A stretch of DNA of 64,000 nt from Macrostomum lignano. Its lineage: Eukaryota. Made by a program: the position numbers and the translations under genes. Below, in pieces: positions 27,095 to 40,716 of this stretch. Location of the stretch: contig NIVC01000386.1 in the NCBI GenBank assembly GCA_002269645.1, forward strand, positions 62,001 through 126,000, given 5' to 3'. Positions within the stretch are counted from its first letter, which is position 1. Each line of letters begins with the position of its first letter. The notes beneath the pieces were generated by a model. It saw only the letters and a program-made list of their open reading frames with translations, was not told the origin of the DNA and did not search any database.

Positions 27095-27545
27095 GAGTCC
27101 TGTCTGACTCCTGTCTGACTCCTGTCTGACTCCTGTCTGACTCCTGTCTGACTCCTGTCTGCCTCCTGTCTGACTCCTGTCTGACTCCTGTCTGACTCCT
27201 GTCTGACTCCTGTCTGACTCCTGTCTGACTCCTGTCTGACTCCTGTCTGACTCCTGTCTGACTCCTGTCTGACTCCTGTCTGACTCCTGTCTGACTCCTG
27301 TCTGACTCCTGTCTGACTCCTGTCTGCCTCCTGTCTGACTCCTGTCTGACTCCTGTCTGCCTCCTGTCTGACTCCTGTCTGACTCCTGTCTGACTCCTGT
27401 CTGACTCCTGTCTGACTCCTGTCTGCCTCCTGTCTGACTCCTGTCTGACTCCTGTCTGACTCCTGTCTGACTCCTGTCTGACTCCTGTCTGACTCCTGTC
27501 TGACTCCTGTCTGACTCCTGTCTGACTCCCGCCTGACTCTTGCCT
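27095..27545. repeat. 11-bp minisatellite (CCTGTCTGACT) filling the GAR-gene intron
   Basis: Direct reading. Confidence 0.96.
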
Positions 27546-27637
27546 GACTCCTGCTTGACACCTGACACCTGAAATCTAACTCCTGACTCCTCACATCTAG
27601 CCTTGACTCCCAAACTCTGACCCAATCCCCGGGCTAC

Positions 27638-28162
27638 CTTCAGGCCGTCCACCGCCCGCATGGTCATGACAACCCTGCTGGAGTAGCCGCAGCCCGGGCA
27701 GGCGTGCTCAGAGCAGGGGCACAGGCAGCCGCACTTCTTGCACTTGCGCTTGTGGCACAGGCAGTAGTCCTGGTGCTTCGGGTACTTCATCCCGGCGCCG
27801 CCGCAATCGCCCTCGTCAAAGTCTGCGTCGTCAATGGGGCTGCCGGTCTCGACCGTCGGGTCGATGCTGCCCTCCCTGTTGAAGTCGTCAGCCGAGGTGT
27901 TGTGCGAGTCCACCAGCGCCTCCATGAGCGCCGCGTCCGCCATCATGTTGCCGTTGCGGCCGCCGACGCCGTTGCAGCACTTGTTGTTGTTGCGGTGCAG
28001 GCTGGCCACGGAGGCCGGGCGGGCCCGGCGGAGGCTGCTGAGGCGGTCGGCCTTGGCCAGCAGGCGGCGCGACAGCCCGACGGTTTTGCCGGAGGCGCCG
28101 TCGGCCGCCAGGATGGCTTCGCACTGCCTGATCTGCTCGATCATCTCTCGAATGTCTGGCAT
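27638..28162 (-). CDS. Exon 1 of GAS2/GAR-domain protein (303 aa total), with Cys-rich segment
   Basis: MPDIREMIEQIRQCEAIL...YCLCHKRKCKKCGCLCPCSEHACPGCGY...DGLK; donor AAG|GTAGCC in phase 0; GC3-rich. Confidence 0.7.
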
Positions 28163-28394
28163 TTTCTGCTTCTAAAAGCTGCACTCAGTGGCGGTGGGCT
28201 TGCGTTGCAGTAAGGGCAATAATTTCTGAATTGAAATTCTGTCGCGAAGAAAGGCTTCCAGCTTCCCAAAACCCCAGCCAGCTCGTGCAAAGCCAGTCTA
28301 TGGCAGCAACTGGTGAGCTGTTGACAATTCAAAGAATCGAAGATATATGCATCTATCTTTCTTAGCCGGTGGAAAAATATACACAGCTACGACT

Positions 28395-28680
28395 CAGGCT
28401 ACAACTCACGACTGAAAGGTCGGGGGTTCGATTCTCGACCCGAGATTCGATTCTGACCTAGAGAAAGTCACTTAACTCTGCATTGCATGGGTGCCAGCAT
28501 TATCTGGGGTAATTGAAGGGTGTGTGGCGACCCCCCAGTCCTTGGACTGAACAGCCGTACGCAGCCTTCAGATGCGCCGCGCAATAGCTACGGATGAGCT
28601 GTCGGTTGCACATCTGCCCATTAAGGCAGGTGCAATCAGTCAGCTATTAGTAGTTAATTATTATAATTTACTAGGTCAGA
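28395..28680 (+). mobile_element. tRNA-derived SINE, copy 1
   Basis: B-box GGTTCGATTC at 28425; ~75-bp core AGTCCTTGGACTGAACAGCCGTACGCAG...GAGCTGTCGGTTGCA shared with copy 2; AT-rich tail. Confidence 0.7.
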
Positions 28681-29155
28681 CTCAAAACCCCCTCGTTGCC
28701 ATGGTAGCAACTCTATTTATTCAAGCGAGTCAAGCCACCTCTTCAACGGCTCAGCATATTTTTGTTGACAGCTTTAAAAATGGTACTGGGCGCACCCACG
28801 TACCCACCCGACGCGGTCAATGGAGAGAGAGAGGGGGCAGCCAGAGGCAGGGCATTGCTTGCGGCTAACAGCAAAGCAAAGAAAATTGTTATGCCGCAAT
28901 TTCATCATCATAAGAATGAGCGGCTCTGCGCTAGCTCAGAGGAGCGCACAGAAGAGAAGTGTAAACACCGCGAGAAGCCCTCAAGGTCAGAGGCAAGCTG
29001 CGCAGGATTTTCTCACTCCCCTGAGCTCAGGCTGAGTCGCTCCGCATTTATTGCGGAGTTTGTTGCTGTTAGCGCAAAGCAGACCCGCGCATTCTGGAGC
29101 GCCCGAGTCTATTTGATACAGAAACTTGAAAGCAAACAGGACTCAAACATTGAGC

Positions 29156-29396
29156 ATGGGAGAGCTTGACGGTCAAACCAAGTGGCTGAAGCTGGCCTTC
29201 TTCTTCAGCGTGATCGGCTTCTGCCTGCTGCTGTACACCAGCTTCTTCTGGGGCGGCGCGGGCGGCCAGGCCGTGGCGGTGCTGGCCTACCTGTTCTATG
29301 TTGCCACCGTCATCATGGTGTCGGCCTACGTCTTTGTGGATGAAGCCAAGCAGCTGCCCGTGCTGGTTGCCTTCCTCATCGCCGCGCTCATTGCTG
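29156..29396 (+). CDS. Exon 1 of four-TM (claudin/PMP22-like topology) protein A, 123 aa total
   Basis: MGELDGQTKWLKLAFFFSVIGFCLLLY...YVFVDEAKQLPVLVAFLIAALIA; donor G|GTGAGC in phase 1. Confidence 0.75.
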
Positions 29397-29419
29397 GTGA
29401 GCAGCTTTTGTGTGTGCTG

Positions 29420-29787
29420 AGTGCCTGTGGCCTGCTGTGAGTGCCTGTGGCCTGCTGAGAGGGTTGTGGTCTACTGTGAGGGTTGTGGCCTGCTGAGAGG
29501 GTTGTGGTCTGCTGTGAGGGTTGTGGCCTGCTGTGAGGGTTGTGGCCTGCTGTGAGGGTTGTGGCCTGCTGTGAGGGTTGTGGCCTGCTGTGAGGGTTGT
29601 GGCCTGCTGTGAGGGTTGTGGCCTGCTGTGAGGGTTGTGGCCTGCTGTGAGGGTTGTGGCCTGCTGTGAAGGTTGTGGCCTGCTGTGAGGGTTGTGGCCT
29701 GCTGTGAGGGTTGTGGCCTGCTGTGAGGGTTGTGGCCTGCTGTGAGGGTTGTGGCCTGCTGTGAAGGTTGTGGCCTGCTGTGAGGGT
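29420..29787. repeat. 19-bp minisatellite (GAGGGTTGTGGCCTGCTGT)
   Basis: Starts just after the donor of 4-TM gene A. Confidence 0.96.
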
Positions 29788-29789
29788 TT

Positions 29790-30045
29790 TTAGCCTACGA
29801 TTGAAAGGTCGGGGGTTCGATTCTCGGCCCACTCGGAATTATTTGTGTCCTTGCGCATGACACATCTCTGAAAAAAATGGGTAAAGAGCGTGCGCTCCGC
29901 CCCAAGTCCTTGGACTGAACAGCCGTACGCAGACATCAGATGCGCCGCGCAATAGCTGCGGCTGAGCTGTCGGTTGCATATCCGCCTATCACAGCAAGCA
30001 GGTGTAATCAGTTATTATAGTATTATTAGTGCATATAGACTAGGC
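29790..30045 (+). mobile_element. tRNA-derived SINE, copy 2
   Basis: GAAAGGTCGGGGGTTCGATTC head, TGTGTCCTTG motif, same core as copy 1. Confidence 0.7.
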
Positions 30046-30594
30046 AATCGGCCCCCTTGAGTTTTAGCTTGCGCACCCGATCGTACGCAGCGAGAATCTC
30101 TGAACACCAAACAAGTTTGAAGATTTCAGTTTTTAATTAAATCTTTCGGCTCACGTGACCCCACAAAAAACGGTTGAATTAGAACTAGTTCAAATCGCAC
30201 TTTATACTTAGTTATGAATAAAATTTGAATTCTTGCCCAAAAACAGGAGCAAAGGCAATCCTAAATTATTTATATTTGCGCGCATTTCTCACTGCACTTT
30301 GAGGTTTGCATATTAAATGGAAAACAATCAAGTTATTAGCTAAGATAAATAAGTTTAGTGACGCTGAGATAATCAAAGAAGCTAAATTATGGGGAACAGT
30401 ATTTAAACAAAGCTAAACAAATTTATCAGTCACACAAACACAGATCAAGCCAGTTGTGACTAACAAGAGCCATTGTCAGGGTAAAAAGTACATTCGAACG
30501 CTGCTCGGATAACAAAAACGTTTTTTTTCAAATAGAAATAAAAAAACTGAAGCAGAGAAATGGAGCAAGTTTTCCACACGGTGAAGCCCTTGCG

Positions 30595-30740
30595 TCAGGC
30601 CCCGCTGGTGCCCCGGATGCAGTAGACCAGCAGCAGGATGCCCGACAGAGCCGAGCAGGTGGCGCCCAGGCCCGCCCAGCTGGTGGCCGACTGGTTGATG
30701 AGCGTCGGCTCCACGAATGCCGCCAGCAGGATGAAGGCCG
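30595..30740 (-). CDS. Exon 2 of four-TM protein B (nested gene)
   Basis: Acceptor AAAACAG|CG in phase 1; AFILLAAFVEPTLINQSATSWAGLGATCSALSGILLLVYCIRGTSGA*. Confidence 0.78.
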
Positions 30741-30756
30741 CTGTTTTGGAGAATGC

Positions 30757-31322
30757 GACATTGTGACAGAGTGACATTGTGACTGTGACATTTTGACAGA
30801 GTGACATTGTGACAGAGTGACATTGTGACAGAGTGACATTGTGACAGAGTGACATTGTGACAGAGTGACATTGTGACAGAGTGACATTGTGACAGAGTGA
30901 CATTGTGACAGAGTGACATTGTGACAGAGTGACATTGTGACAGAGTGACATTGTGACAGAGTGACATTGTGACAGAGTGACATTGTGACAGAGTGACATT
31001 GTGACAGAGTGACAGAGTGACAGAGTGACATTGTGACAGAGTGACATTGTGACAGAGTGACATTGTGACAGAGTGACATTGTGACAGAGTGACATTGTGA
31101 CAGAGTGACATTGTGACAGAGTGACATTGTGACAGAGTGACATTGTGACAGAGTGACATTGTGACAGAGTGACATTGTGACAGAGTGACATTGTGACAGA
31201 GTGACATTGTGACAGAGTGACATTGTGACAGAGTGACATTGTGACAGAGTGACATTGTGACAGAGTGACATTGTGACGGAGTGACATTGTGACGGAGTGA
31301 CAGCGTGACAGAGTGACAGAGT
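30757..31322. repeat. 16-bp minisatellite (GTGACATTGTGACAGA) filling the intron of 4-TM gene B
   Basis: Direct reading. Confidence 0.97.
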
Positions 31323-31353
31323 GAATCCAGCAACTCTTCCCGTGTTCTCTCAC

Positions 31354-31645
31354 CTGTCACGAAGGCGATGACAAAGCAGACGAATGCCAGAATATTGTAG
31401 TTGCTGGCCTCTTCAACGAACACGTACAGCACGAGGATGACCACCAGCGCGTAGAACAGCAGCAGGGTGATGATGCCGAAGGCCTGGTGCGCCTTGCCCG
31501 ATGCCGCATGGCAGAGGCTGCTGGTCAGGAGGCTGGGCGGATCGGAGCAGCCGAGCACAGGAAACTGCAGGTAGCAGACGAAGCCGATGCAGGTGAGAAT
31601 GACGCTGGCCCGCAGCAAGGTGTGCTTCTCGGAGAAGGCCGCCAT
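31354..31645 (-). CDS. Exon 1 of four-TM protein B (145 aa total), nested in the intron of paralog A
   Basis: MAAFSEKHTLLRASVILTCIGFVCYLQF...LVLYVFVEEASNYNILAFVCFVIAFVT; donor G|GTGAGA in phase 1. Confidence 0.78.
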
Positions 31646-32051
31646 GCTGAGCTCTGCGGAGTCTGCTGGAGGTGGCGGGCGGAGGCCTTAGCGAGACTCA
31701 GTTTGCTTCGCAGAGGCGCATTGAATTCGCTGCCCAAGCCGGCCCACTTTTTGGCAACTCGAGAGAATTTGGCGTGCGAACTCTCTCACACTTCCTGCAT
31801 TGGTCATGCGAGCCTCTGCCGGCGGTCCTGGCAGCTCCTTCGGTCTGGCTATGCTAATTTTCCTGCGCCGTTTGACTGCGCACTCAATCGGGCAGTCTTA
31901 TATAACTGAGAAAGTTGCAGGACTTTTACAGGCTAATTCTGCCCGATGGCGCTGGGACTGAGGACAATGAGTAAAAACAAATGCGCAGTTGCTATGCAAA
32001 CCATTTAATTGCATTTGGTCCACGAGATGTCCCCGTTTAGAAAGCCATATA

Positions 32052-32266
32052 CAGAGGGGCGTCAGCTACAGAGGGGGCGCCAGCTACAGAGGGGGCGCCA
32101 GCTACAGAGGGGGCGCCAGCTACAGAGGGGGCGCCAGCTACAGAGGGGGCGCCAGCTACAGAGGGGGCGCCAGCTACAGAGGGGGCGCCAGCTACAGAGG
32201 GGGCGCCAGCTACTGAGGGGGCGCTAGCTACAGAGGGGGCGCCAGCTACAGAGGGGCGCCAGCTAC
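32052..32266. repeat. 18-bp minisatellite (GCTACAGAGGGGGCGCCA)
   Basis: Direct reading. Confidence 0.95.
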
Positions 32267-32692
32267 TTCTATATATTGTCTACAGAATTAGATACTCTAA
32301 AGATATTCAGTCAGGCAAGCTCAAGCTCCTAACCGCATTTAGCTCGTACTGACCTCTCATGGCTGGCCAATCAGAAAGCACGGACACCGGAGACCTGCTT
32401 GCCGGATGCAGAACCGAGGGTCCGCCCTGGCCCAGAGCGATCCTCGCACCATTAAATACACTGCTGTATGGGTCGGCCGAAGAAGGAAAAATTTGAAACT
32501 GGACACCTGCAGGCCTCATCCGAGCCTGCCATGCACGTAGGGATCAATTTGACAATCCTGACTATGCATGAAGGCTCGATCCCAACCCCAAGCACCTGAT
32601 CCCTGAGGCATGCTCAAGTACTCGTATATGCGATACATGTGGGTTGTTTAGCCTGTGTTCATTGACTCTGAGCACGATATTGAGATGGAAAC

Positions 32693-32840
32693 TGTCTGTC
32701 TGTCTGCCTGTCTGTCTGTCTGCCTGCCTGCCTGTCTGTTTGTCTGTTTGTCTGCCTGCCTGTCTGTCTGTCTGCCTGTCTGCCTGCCTGTCTGTCTGTC
32801 TGCCTGCCTGTCTGTCTGCCTGCCTGTCTGTCTGCCTGCC

Positions 32841-32921
<81 letters not shown>

Positions 32922-32975
32922 GTCTTCTTGCCTGTCTGTCTGTCTGCCTGTCTGCCTGCCTGCCTGTGTGTCTGT
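32693..32975. repeat. (GTCT/GCCT)n microsatellite
   Basis: Direct reading. Confidence 0.97.
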
Positions 32976-33021
32976 CCAATCGCATCTAACATGTATCTGT
33001 CATTCCAACGCCGCTCCGCAG

Positions 33022-33152
33022 GCATCCTGGTCCTGGTGCAGGTGTTCCTGGACCGCAGAAGCCACTACAACACCACCAAGGGCTTCCTGTCCGGCAGCTC
33101 GGCCATAGCCGCAGGCGTGATGGCCATTCTCGCCCTGGTCACCGGCGGCTGA
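33022..33152 (+). CDS. Exon 2 of four-TM protein A
   Basis: Acceptor CCGCAG|GC in phase 1 completes Gly; GILVLVQVFLDRRSHYNTTKGFLSGSSAIAAGVMAILALVTGG* supplies the end of TM3 and TM4. Confidence 0.72.
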
Positions 33153-33321
33153 ATAGGAAACTCCGCATATGCTACTTACAGCAGCTGCTGATGAAAATTC
33201 TGTCTGAAAATGTGACGAATGAAACACGGAAACTTGTTTCAACTTCTGCTTCCATTTTTTCTATTATAATTATCCTCTTAATTTATGCTTCCTTAATTAG
33301 CAAATAAAAATCTACGTTCCT

Positions 33322-33528
33322 CGTGTATGGACTGCCTGTACATGTATGGGCTCTCTGTACATGTATGGGCTCTCTGTACATGTATGGGCTCTCTGTACAT
33401 GTATGGGCTCTCTGTACATGTATGGGCTCTCTGTACATGTATGGGCTCTCTGTACATGTATGGGCTCTCTGTACATGTATGGGCTCTCTGTACATGTATG
33501 GGCTCTCTGTACATGTATGGGCTCTCTG
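33322..33528. repeat. 19-bp minisatellite (GGGCTCTCTGTACATGTAT)
   Basis: Direct reading. Confidence 0.95.
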
Positions 33529-33824
33529 TAATCGTGTTAGAGAACTGTCTGACCATAGGGACGCAAAAACTACAATTTGAAGCTAGCGGAACGCATTCAG
33601 TTTTTAGTCAAAAAAATATTTTAAAAATGAACATTTTTTATGAGCATTTTATTGGTTATTTTACAAGTAAATCGAAGTCTCAAATGGATGAGATAAAAAA
33701 TCAGAACTCAGACAGACAGGAAATTAATGAAATCTATATTTTTTCTGAGAGATACAACTGCAACTTTTCGAAATTCTGGATCAAATGACGCTCTGTCTGC
33801 GTTGACTTGAACATGAGTTTGCAT

Positions 33825-34117
<293 letters not shown>

Positions 34118-34861
34118 CACGGCCGGCCGCGTGAGCAAATTGTTGTTGATGTTTTCTCCGCAGGGAAGAAAGAAGGGCACCTGAAAACAGACTGTGGGGT
34201 ACGTGGAGACACTATGAGGGTTTTGAGATGGACAGTGAGATTAGATCTAATAGATGGTGAGATTAGACCTAATAGATGGTGAGATTAGACCTATAGACAG
34301 AGGGCCCGTTCTATGAAGCCATCGTACGATAAAATAGTTCTCAGCTCCAATCTCCGCAGTGTAAAAGTTCCGACGTACGATCGAACTCACGCTACGACAG
34401 CTTTTTAGTACGTCCCCACGGAGATTAGATGCGGCAAGCGCGAAAACATGTGTAAAGCATTATCTGCAAGCATGGCAGGCGAGCCAGAGGCACACAAAGG
34501 AATCTCGGTCACCCCGCGTGAGCATGAGATCACAGAGATCACAGAGGGCAATCAGACACGAATTCGTGGCTTCTGTCCCAGTTTGACCCCTCGGTCTCCA
34601 GCGATGCCTTCGTAACATCCAAGCGTAGTAGGGATTTTTTTCTGGGGAAATCTGTGCTTCTCGGAATTTGTCACGCTTTTCTCCTTTGAGTGAATCAGCC
34701 CGCGCCCGGGTCAGTGCGAGCTCAACCGAGTGGAAATTCTTGAGCAAACAGAAATTCGTGCTCTGAAAAGTCTGATGTAGCTGTGAGATTCTGGATACTA
34801 GCTGAACCTGAATGCCACAGTCGCTTAAGCAGTTGCTGTGCCGTGAGTGTCTTGATGGTAA

Positions 34862-36349
34862 AGTGTCGGGTTGGTGAAGTGTCGGTTTGGTGAAGTGTCG
34901 GTTTGGTGAAGTGTCGGGTTGGTAGTGTCGGGTTGGTGAAGTGTCGGGTTGGTGAAGTGTCGGGTTGGTGAAGTGTCGGGTTGGTGAAGTGTCGGGTTGG
35001 TGAAGTGTCGGGTTGGTGAAGTGTCGGGTTGGTGAAGTGTCGGGTTGGTGAAGTGTCGGGTTGGTAGTGTCGGGTTGGTGAAGTGTCGCGTTGGTGAAGT
35101 GTCGGGTTGGTGAAGTGTCGGGTTGGTGAAGTGTCGGGTTGGTGAAGTGTCGGGTTGGTGAAGTGTCGGGTTGGTGAAGTGTCGGGTTGGTGAAGTGTCG
35201 GGTTGGTGAAGTGTCGGGTTGGTAGTGTCGGGTTGGTGAAGTGTCGCGTTGGTGAAGTGTCGGGTTGGTGAAGTGTCGGGTTGGTGAAGTGTCGGGTTGG
35301 TGAAGTGTCGGGTTGGTGAAGTGTCGGGTTGGTGAAGTGTCGGGTTGGTAGTGTCGGGTTGGTGAAGTGTCGGGTTGGTGAAGTGTCGGGTTGGTGAAGT
35401 GTCGGGTTGGTGAAGTGTCGGGTTGGTAGTGTCGGGTTGGTGAAGTGTCGCGTTGGTGAAGTGTCGGGTTGGTGAAGTGTCGGGTTGGTGAAGTGTCGGG
35501 TTGGTGAAGTGTCGGGTTGGTGAAGTGTCGGGTTGGTGAAGTGTCGGGTTGGTGAAGTGTCGGGTTGGTGAAGTGTCGCGTTGGTGAAGTGTCGGGTTGG
35601 TGAAGTGTCGGGTTGGTGAAGTGTCGGGTTGGTGAAGTGTCGGGTTGGTGAAGTGTCGGGTTGGTGAAGTGTCGGGTTGGTAGTGTCGGGTTGGTGAAGT
35701 GTCGGGTTGGTAGTGTCGGGTTGGTGAAGTGTCGGGTTGGTGAAGTGTCGGGTTGGTGAAGTGTCGGGTTGGTGAAGTGTCGGGTTGGTAGTGTCGGGTT
35801 GGTGAAGTGTCGGGTTGGTGAAGTGTCGGGTTGGTGAAGTGTCGGGTTGGTGAAGTGTCGGGTTGGTAGTGTCGGGTTGGTGAAGTGTCGCGTTGGTGAA
35901 GTGTCGGGTTGGTGAAGTGTCGGGTTGGTGAAGTGTCGGGTTGGTGAAGTGTCGGGTTGGTGAAGTGTCGGGTTGGTGAAGTGTCGGGTTGGTGAAGTGT
36001 CGGGTTGGTGAAGTGTCGGGTTGGTAGTGTCGGGTTGGTGAAGTGTCGCGTTGGTGAAGTGTCGGGTTGGTGAAGTGTCGGGTTGGTGAAGTGTCGGGTT
36101 GGTGAAGTGTCGGGTTGGTGAAGTGTCGGGTTGGTGAAGTGTCGGGTTGGTGAAGTGTCGGGTTGGTAGTGTCGGGTTGGTGAAGTGTCGCGTTGGTGAA
36201 GTGTCGGGTTGGTGAAGTGTCGGGTTGGTGAAGTGTCGGGTTGGTGAAGTGTCGGGTTGGTGAAGTGTCGGGTTGGTGAAGTGTCGGGTTGGTGAAGTGT
36301 CGGGTTGGTAGTGTCGGGTTGGTGAAGTGTCGGGTTGGTGAAGTGTCGG
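34862..36349. repeat. 16-bp minisatellite (GTGTCGGGTTGGTGAA) with 13-bp deletion variant
   Basis: About 95 copies; G-rich strand. Confidence 0.98.
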
Positions 36350-36884
36350 GCTGCTGGAATTTAGGATTGAAATATTTTAAAAAATCAAATCTTCAGCTTG
36401 GTGAAGTTCCTCGAATACTCGCTCACTAAAACAAACCTTGAATTCCTTTTAATTTCTCAATACCTTGTCCACCTGCTGCAAGACAGTTTCACCCATTAAA
36501 TACTCGTACTGCAAGACTGACGCTAGAATGAAAAAATCAATTTGTAATGCCATGGGGGCAGACAATATTCGTGTATTTCATCATCTGCGGACAGCTTTTT
36601 ACTGCCGTTTTTTCACGCGAAGTGGCGGTTTGCTAATGGACAAAAAGCGATTGCCTGGACACTAAAGGGGATTCCGGATAAACAGTGGGTGATTCACAGG
36701 GCGAGTGCAAATATGGGTGAACAGGTTGGTAAACACCTTTCATGTGACAGGAGCAACATAAACTGTTTCGAGGTTAATATTTAAATGACATTGTAGTGCA
36801 CAACAGTGTGCAGCAGACAGTGGGACACCACGCATGACATTCGAAACGATACGACTGCTGTATAGCTGAAGTGCACAGACAGAT

Positions 36885-37680
36885 TCCACAACACAATGTG
36901 CTTCCAGCGGATAGAGATTCCACAACACACTGTGCTTCCAGCGGATAGAGATTCCACAACACACTGTGCTGACAACGGATAGAGATTCCACAACACACTG
37001 TGCTGACAACGGATAGAGATTCCACAACACACTGTGCTTCCAGCGGATAGAGATTCCACAACACACTGTGCTTCCAGCGGATAGAGATTCCACAACACAC
37101 TGTGCTTCCAGCGGATAGAGATTCCACAACACACTGTGCTGACAACGGATAGAGATTCCACAACACACTGTGCTGACAACGGATAGAGATTCCACAACAC
37201 ACTGTGCTTCCAGCGGATAGAGATTCCACAACACACTGTGCCGCCAACGGATAGAGATTTCACAACACACTGTGCTTCCAGCGGATAGAGATTCCACAAC
37301 ACACTGTGCCGCCAACGGATAGAGATTTCACAACACACTGTGCTGACAACGGATAGAGATTCCACAACACACTGTGCCGCCAACGGATAGAGATTTCACA
37401 ACACACTGTGCTAACAACGGATAGAGATTCCACAACACACTGTGCCGCCAACGGATAGACACAAGAGTCCACATAGGACACTGTGCTGCCAGCGGATAGA
37501 CAAGAGTTCACATAGGACACTGTGCTGCCAGCGGATAGACAAGAGTCCACATAGGACACTGTGCTGCCAGCGGATAGACACAAGAGTCCACATAGGACAC
37601 TGTGCTGCCAGCGGATAGACACAAGAGTCCACATAGGACACTGTGCTGCCAGCGGATAGACACAAGAGTTCACATGGGAC
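36885..37680. repeat. ~34-36 bp minisatellite (CAGCGGATAGAGATTCCACAACACACTGTGCTTC) with a diverged subarray
   Basis: Direct reading. Confidence 0.95.
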
Positions 37681-37784
37681 ACTGCCATCAAGACAACAGA
37701 CAAAATAATTCAGAAAAAATCGAGAAAAATTCCATCGAGTGAGATTCTCAATGTGCCTGTCAAGCATTCTGGCAGGCTCCGGAG

Positions 37785-37985
37785 TCAGTAGTTCGTCTCC
37801 TGAAGTGTCTGCAGGCAGACTCCGTTTCGTTGGTCGGAGGGTCCACGCCGCAGGCGGTTCCAGTTCAGGCAGGGCAGCGCCTTGCGCAGCAGTCTAGCCA
37901 GGCCCGCCCTCCAGTTCGCGGAGACGAACACGTAGATGAAGGGGTTGGCGCAGCACTGCACGAACGGCAGGTTCTGGAATAGCGC
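37785..37985 (-). CDS. Multi-exon GPCR, exon 6 (TM7, helix 8, C-tail)
   Basis: Acceptor CCCGCAG|GCG in phase 0; ALFQNLPFVQCCANPFIYVFVSANWRAGL...ETNY*. Confidence 0.88.
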   Translation of the reverse strand, partial: ALFQNLPFVQCCANPFIYVFVSANWRAGLARLLRKALPCLNWNRLRRGPSDQRNGVCLQTLQETNY

Positions 37986-38014
37986 CTGCGGGCGGGGGTA
38001 GGGTGTTGAAAGTT

Positions 38015-38600
38015 GGAGTGTTGGGAGCAGGAAGTCGGGGTGTTGGGAGCAGGAAGACGGGGTGTTGGGAGCAGGAAGTCGGGGTGTTGGGGACAGGAAG
38101 TCGGGGTGTTGGGAGCAGGAAGTCGGGGTGTTGGGGACAGGAAGTCGGGGTGTTGGGGACAGGAAGTCGGGGTGTTGGGAGCAGGAAGTCGGGGTGTTGG
38201 GGACAGGAAGTCGGGGTGTTGATGACAGGAAGTCGGGGTGTTGGGGACAGGAAGTCGGGGTGTTGGGGACAGGAAGTCGGGGTGTTGGGGACAGGAAGTC
38301 GGGGTGTTGATGACAGGAAGTCGGGGTGTTGATGACAGGAAGTCGGGGTGTTGATGACAGGAAGTCGGGGTGTTGATGACAGGAAGTCGGGGTGTTGATG
38401 ACAGGAAGTCGGGGTGTTGATGACAGGAAGTCGGGGTGTTGATGACAGGAAGTCGGGGTGTTGATGACAGGAAGTCGGGGTGTTGATGACAGGAAGTCGG
38501 GGTGTTGATGACAGGAAGTCGGGGTGTTGATGACAGGAAGTCGGGGTGTTGATGACAGGAAGTCGGGGTGTTGGGAGCAGGAAGTCGGGGTGTTGAGGGC
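38015..38600. repeat. 22-bp minisatellite (GACAGGAAGTCGGGGTGTTGAT)
   Basis: Direct reading; abuts the exon 6 acceptor. Confidence 0.96.
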
Positions 38601-38951
38601 GGGAAGTTGGAGGAGCAGTGCGATAGATATTAGGAGGTCTGGGTTCAAGTAATTGGGGAGGTAGAATTTAATGCACTAATTAACACGTAAAAGAGCCGAA
38701 GCCGAGGGCATTTTTTGGCAAAGGCTTTACGTAATTAAGGGCAGCGTCATGGCTTAATTATCCATGAACACTAAACAGAGTGCACATCTGTTTAGTGTTT
38801 GCCTATCTAAACACATCTGCAAAAACACGTCTGTTTATTTTAGATAAAAACAAAAAACAAACTGGGCTCAGTTGGCTTCGGAATCCTGAGCGGACTAAAG
38901 AGACACTGTGAGCAGAGGCCTGATTAACGCTGAACTTTCATTCTGTCATTC

Positions 38952-39298
<347 letters not shown>

Positions 39299-39623
39299 TG
39301 TTTAGAATCCTGCCGCAACCCCTTTTAAGGCCTTCCTGAAAGCGAGAAGTACGACAGAAAAGTTAAAAATAGCCCTTACAGCATCTCTCACGCCTCTTAA
39401 GTCCCGCAACTTCCCCGTGCATCCTTAATTGCAGATTCTTCGGCGAAAAATGAGGTCAGGAACACGAACTTCAAGGACCCGCGCGCAGCAAAGCTGTTCG
39501 GTAATAACCTTTGCTTGCTTGCCACGAATCACCCCCGGGCCGCATTCGCAGTCAGCAGAGCGGCTAGTCCAGATGTGCGAATGGTAGGGGAGCCCAGCCC
39601 CCGACTCACTGCCGCTGTTGTTG

Positions 39624-40648
<1,025 letters not shown>

Positions 40649-40716
40649 TCACTCTTCCCTATTGAACTGGCCAACAAATTGCACTTTTTGGCCTCCCAGT
40701 TTCTGACTGGGCGATT

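Noticed and set aside
34302-34318. Harbinger-like terminal inverted repeat GGGCCCGTTCTATGAAG
   Set aside because: No inverted partner was found in the window.
38767-38799. 13-bp perfect hairpin AACACTAAACAGA-gtgcaca-TCTGTTTAGTGTT as a Helitron 3' end
   Set aside because: The downstream CTAA is not followed by T and no 5' end was identified; an isolated palindrome is insufficient.
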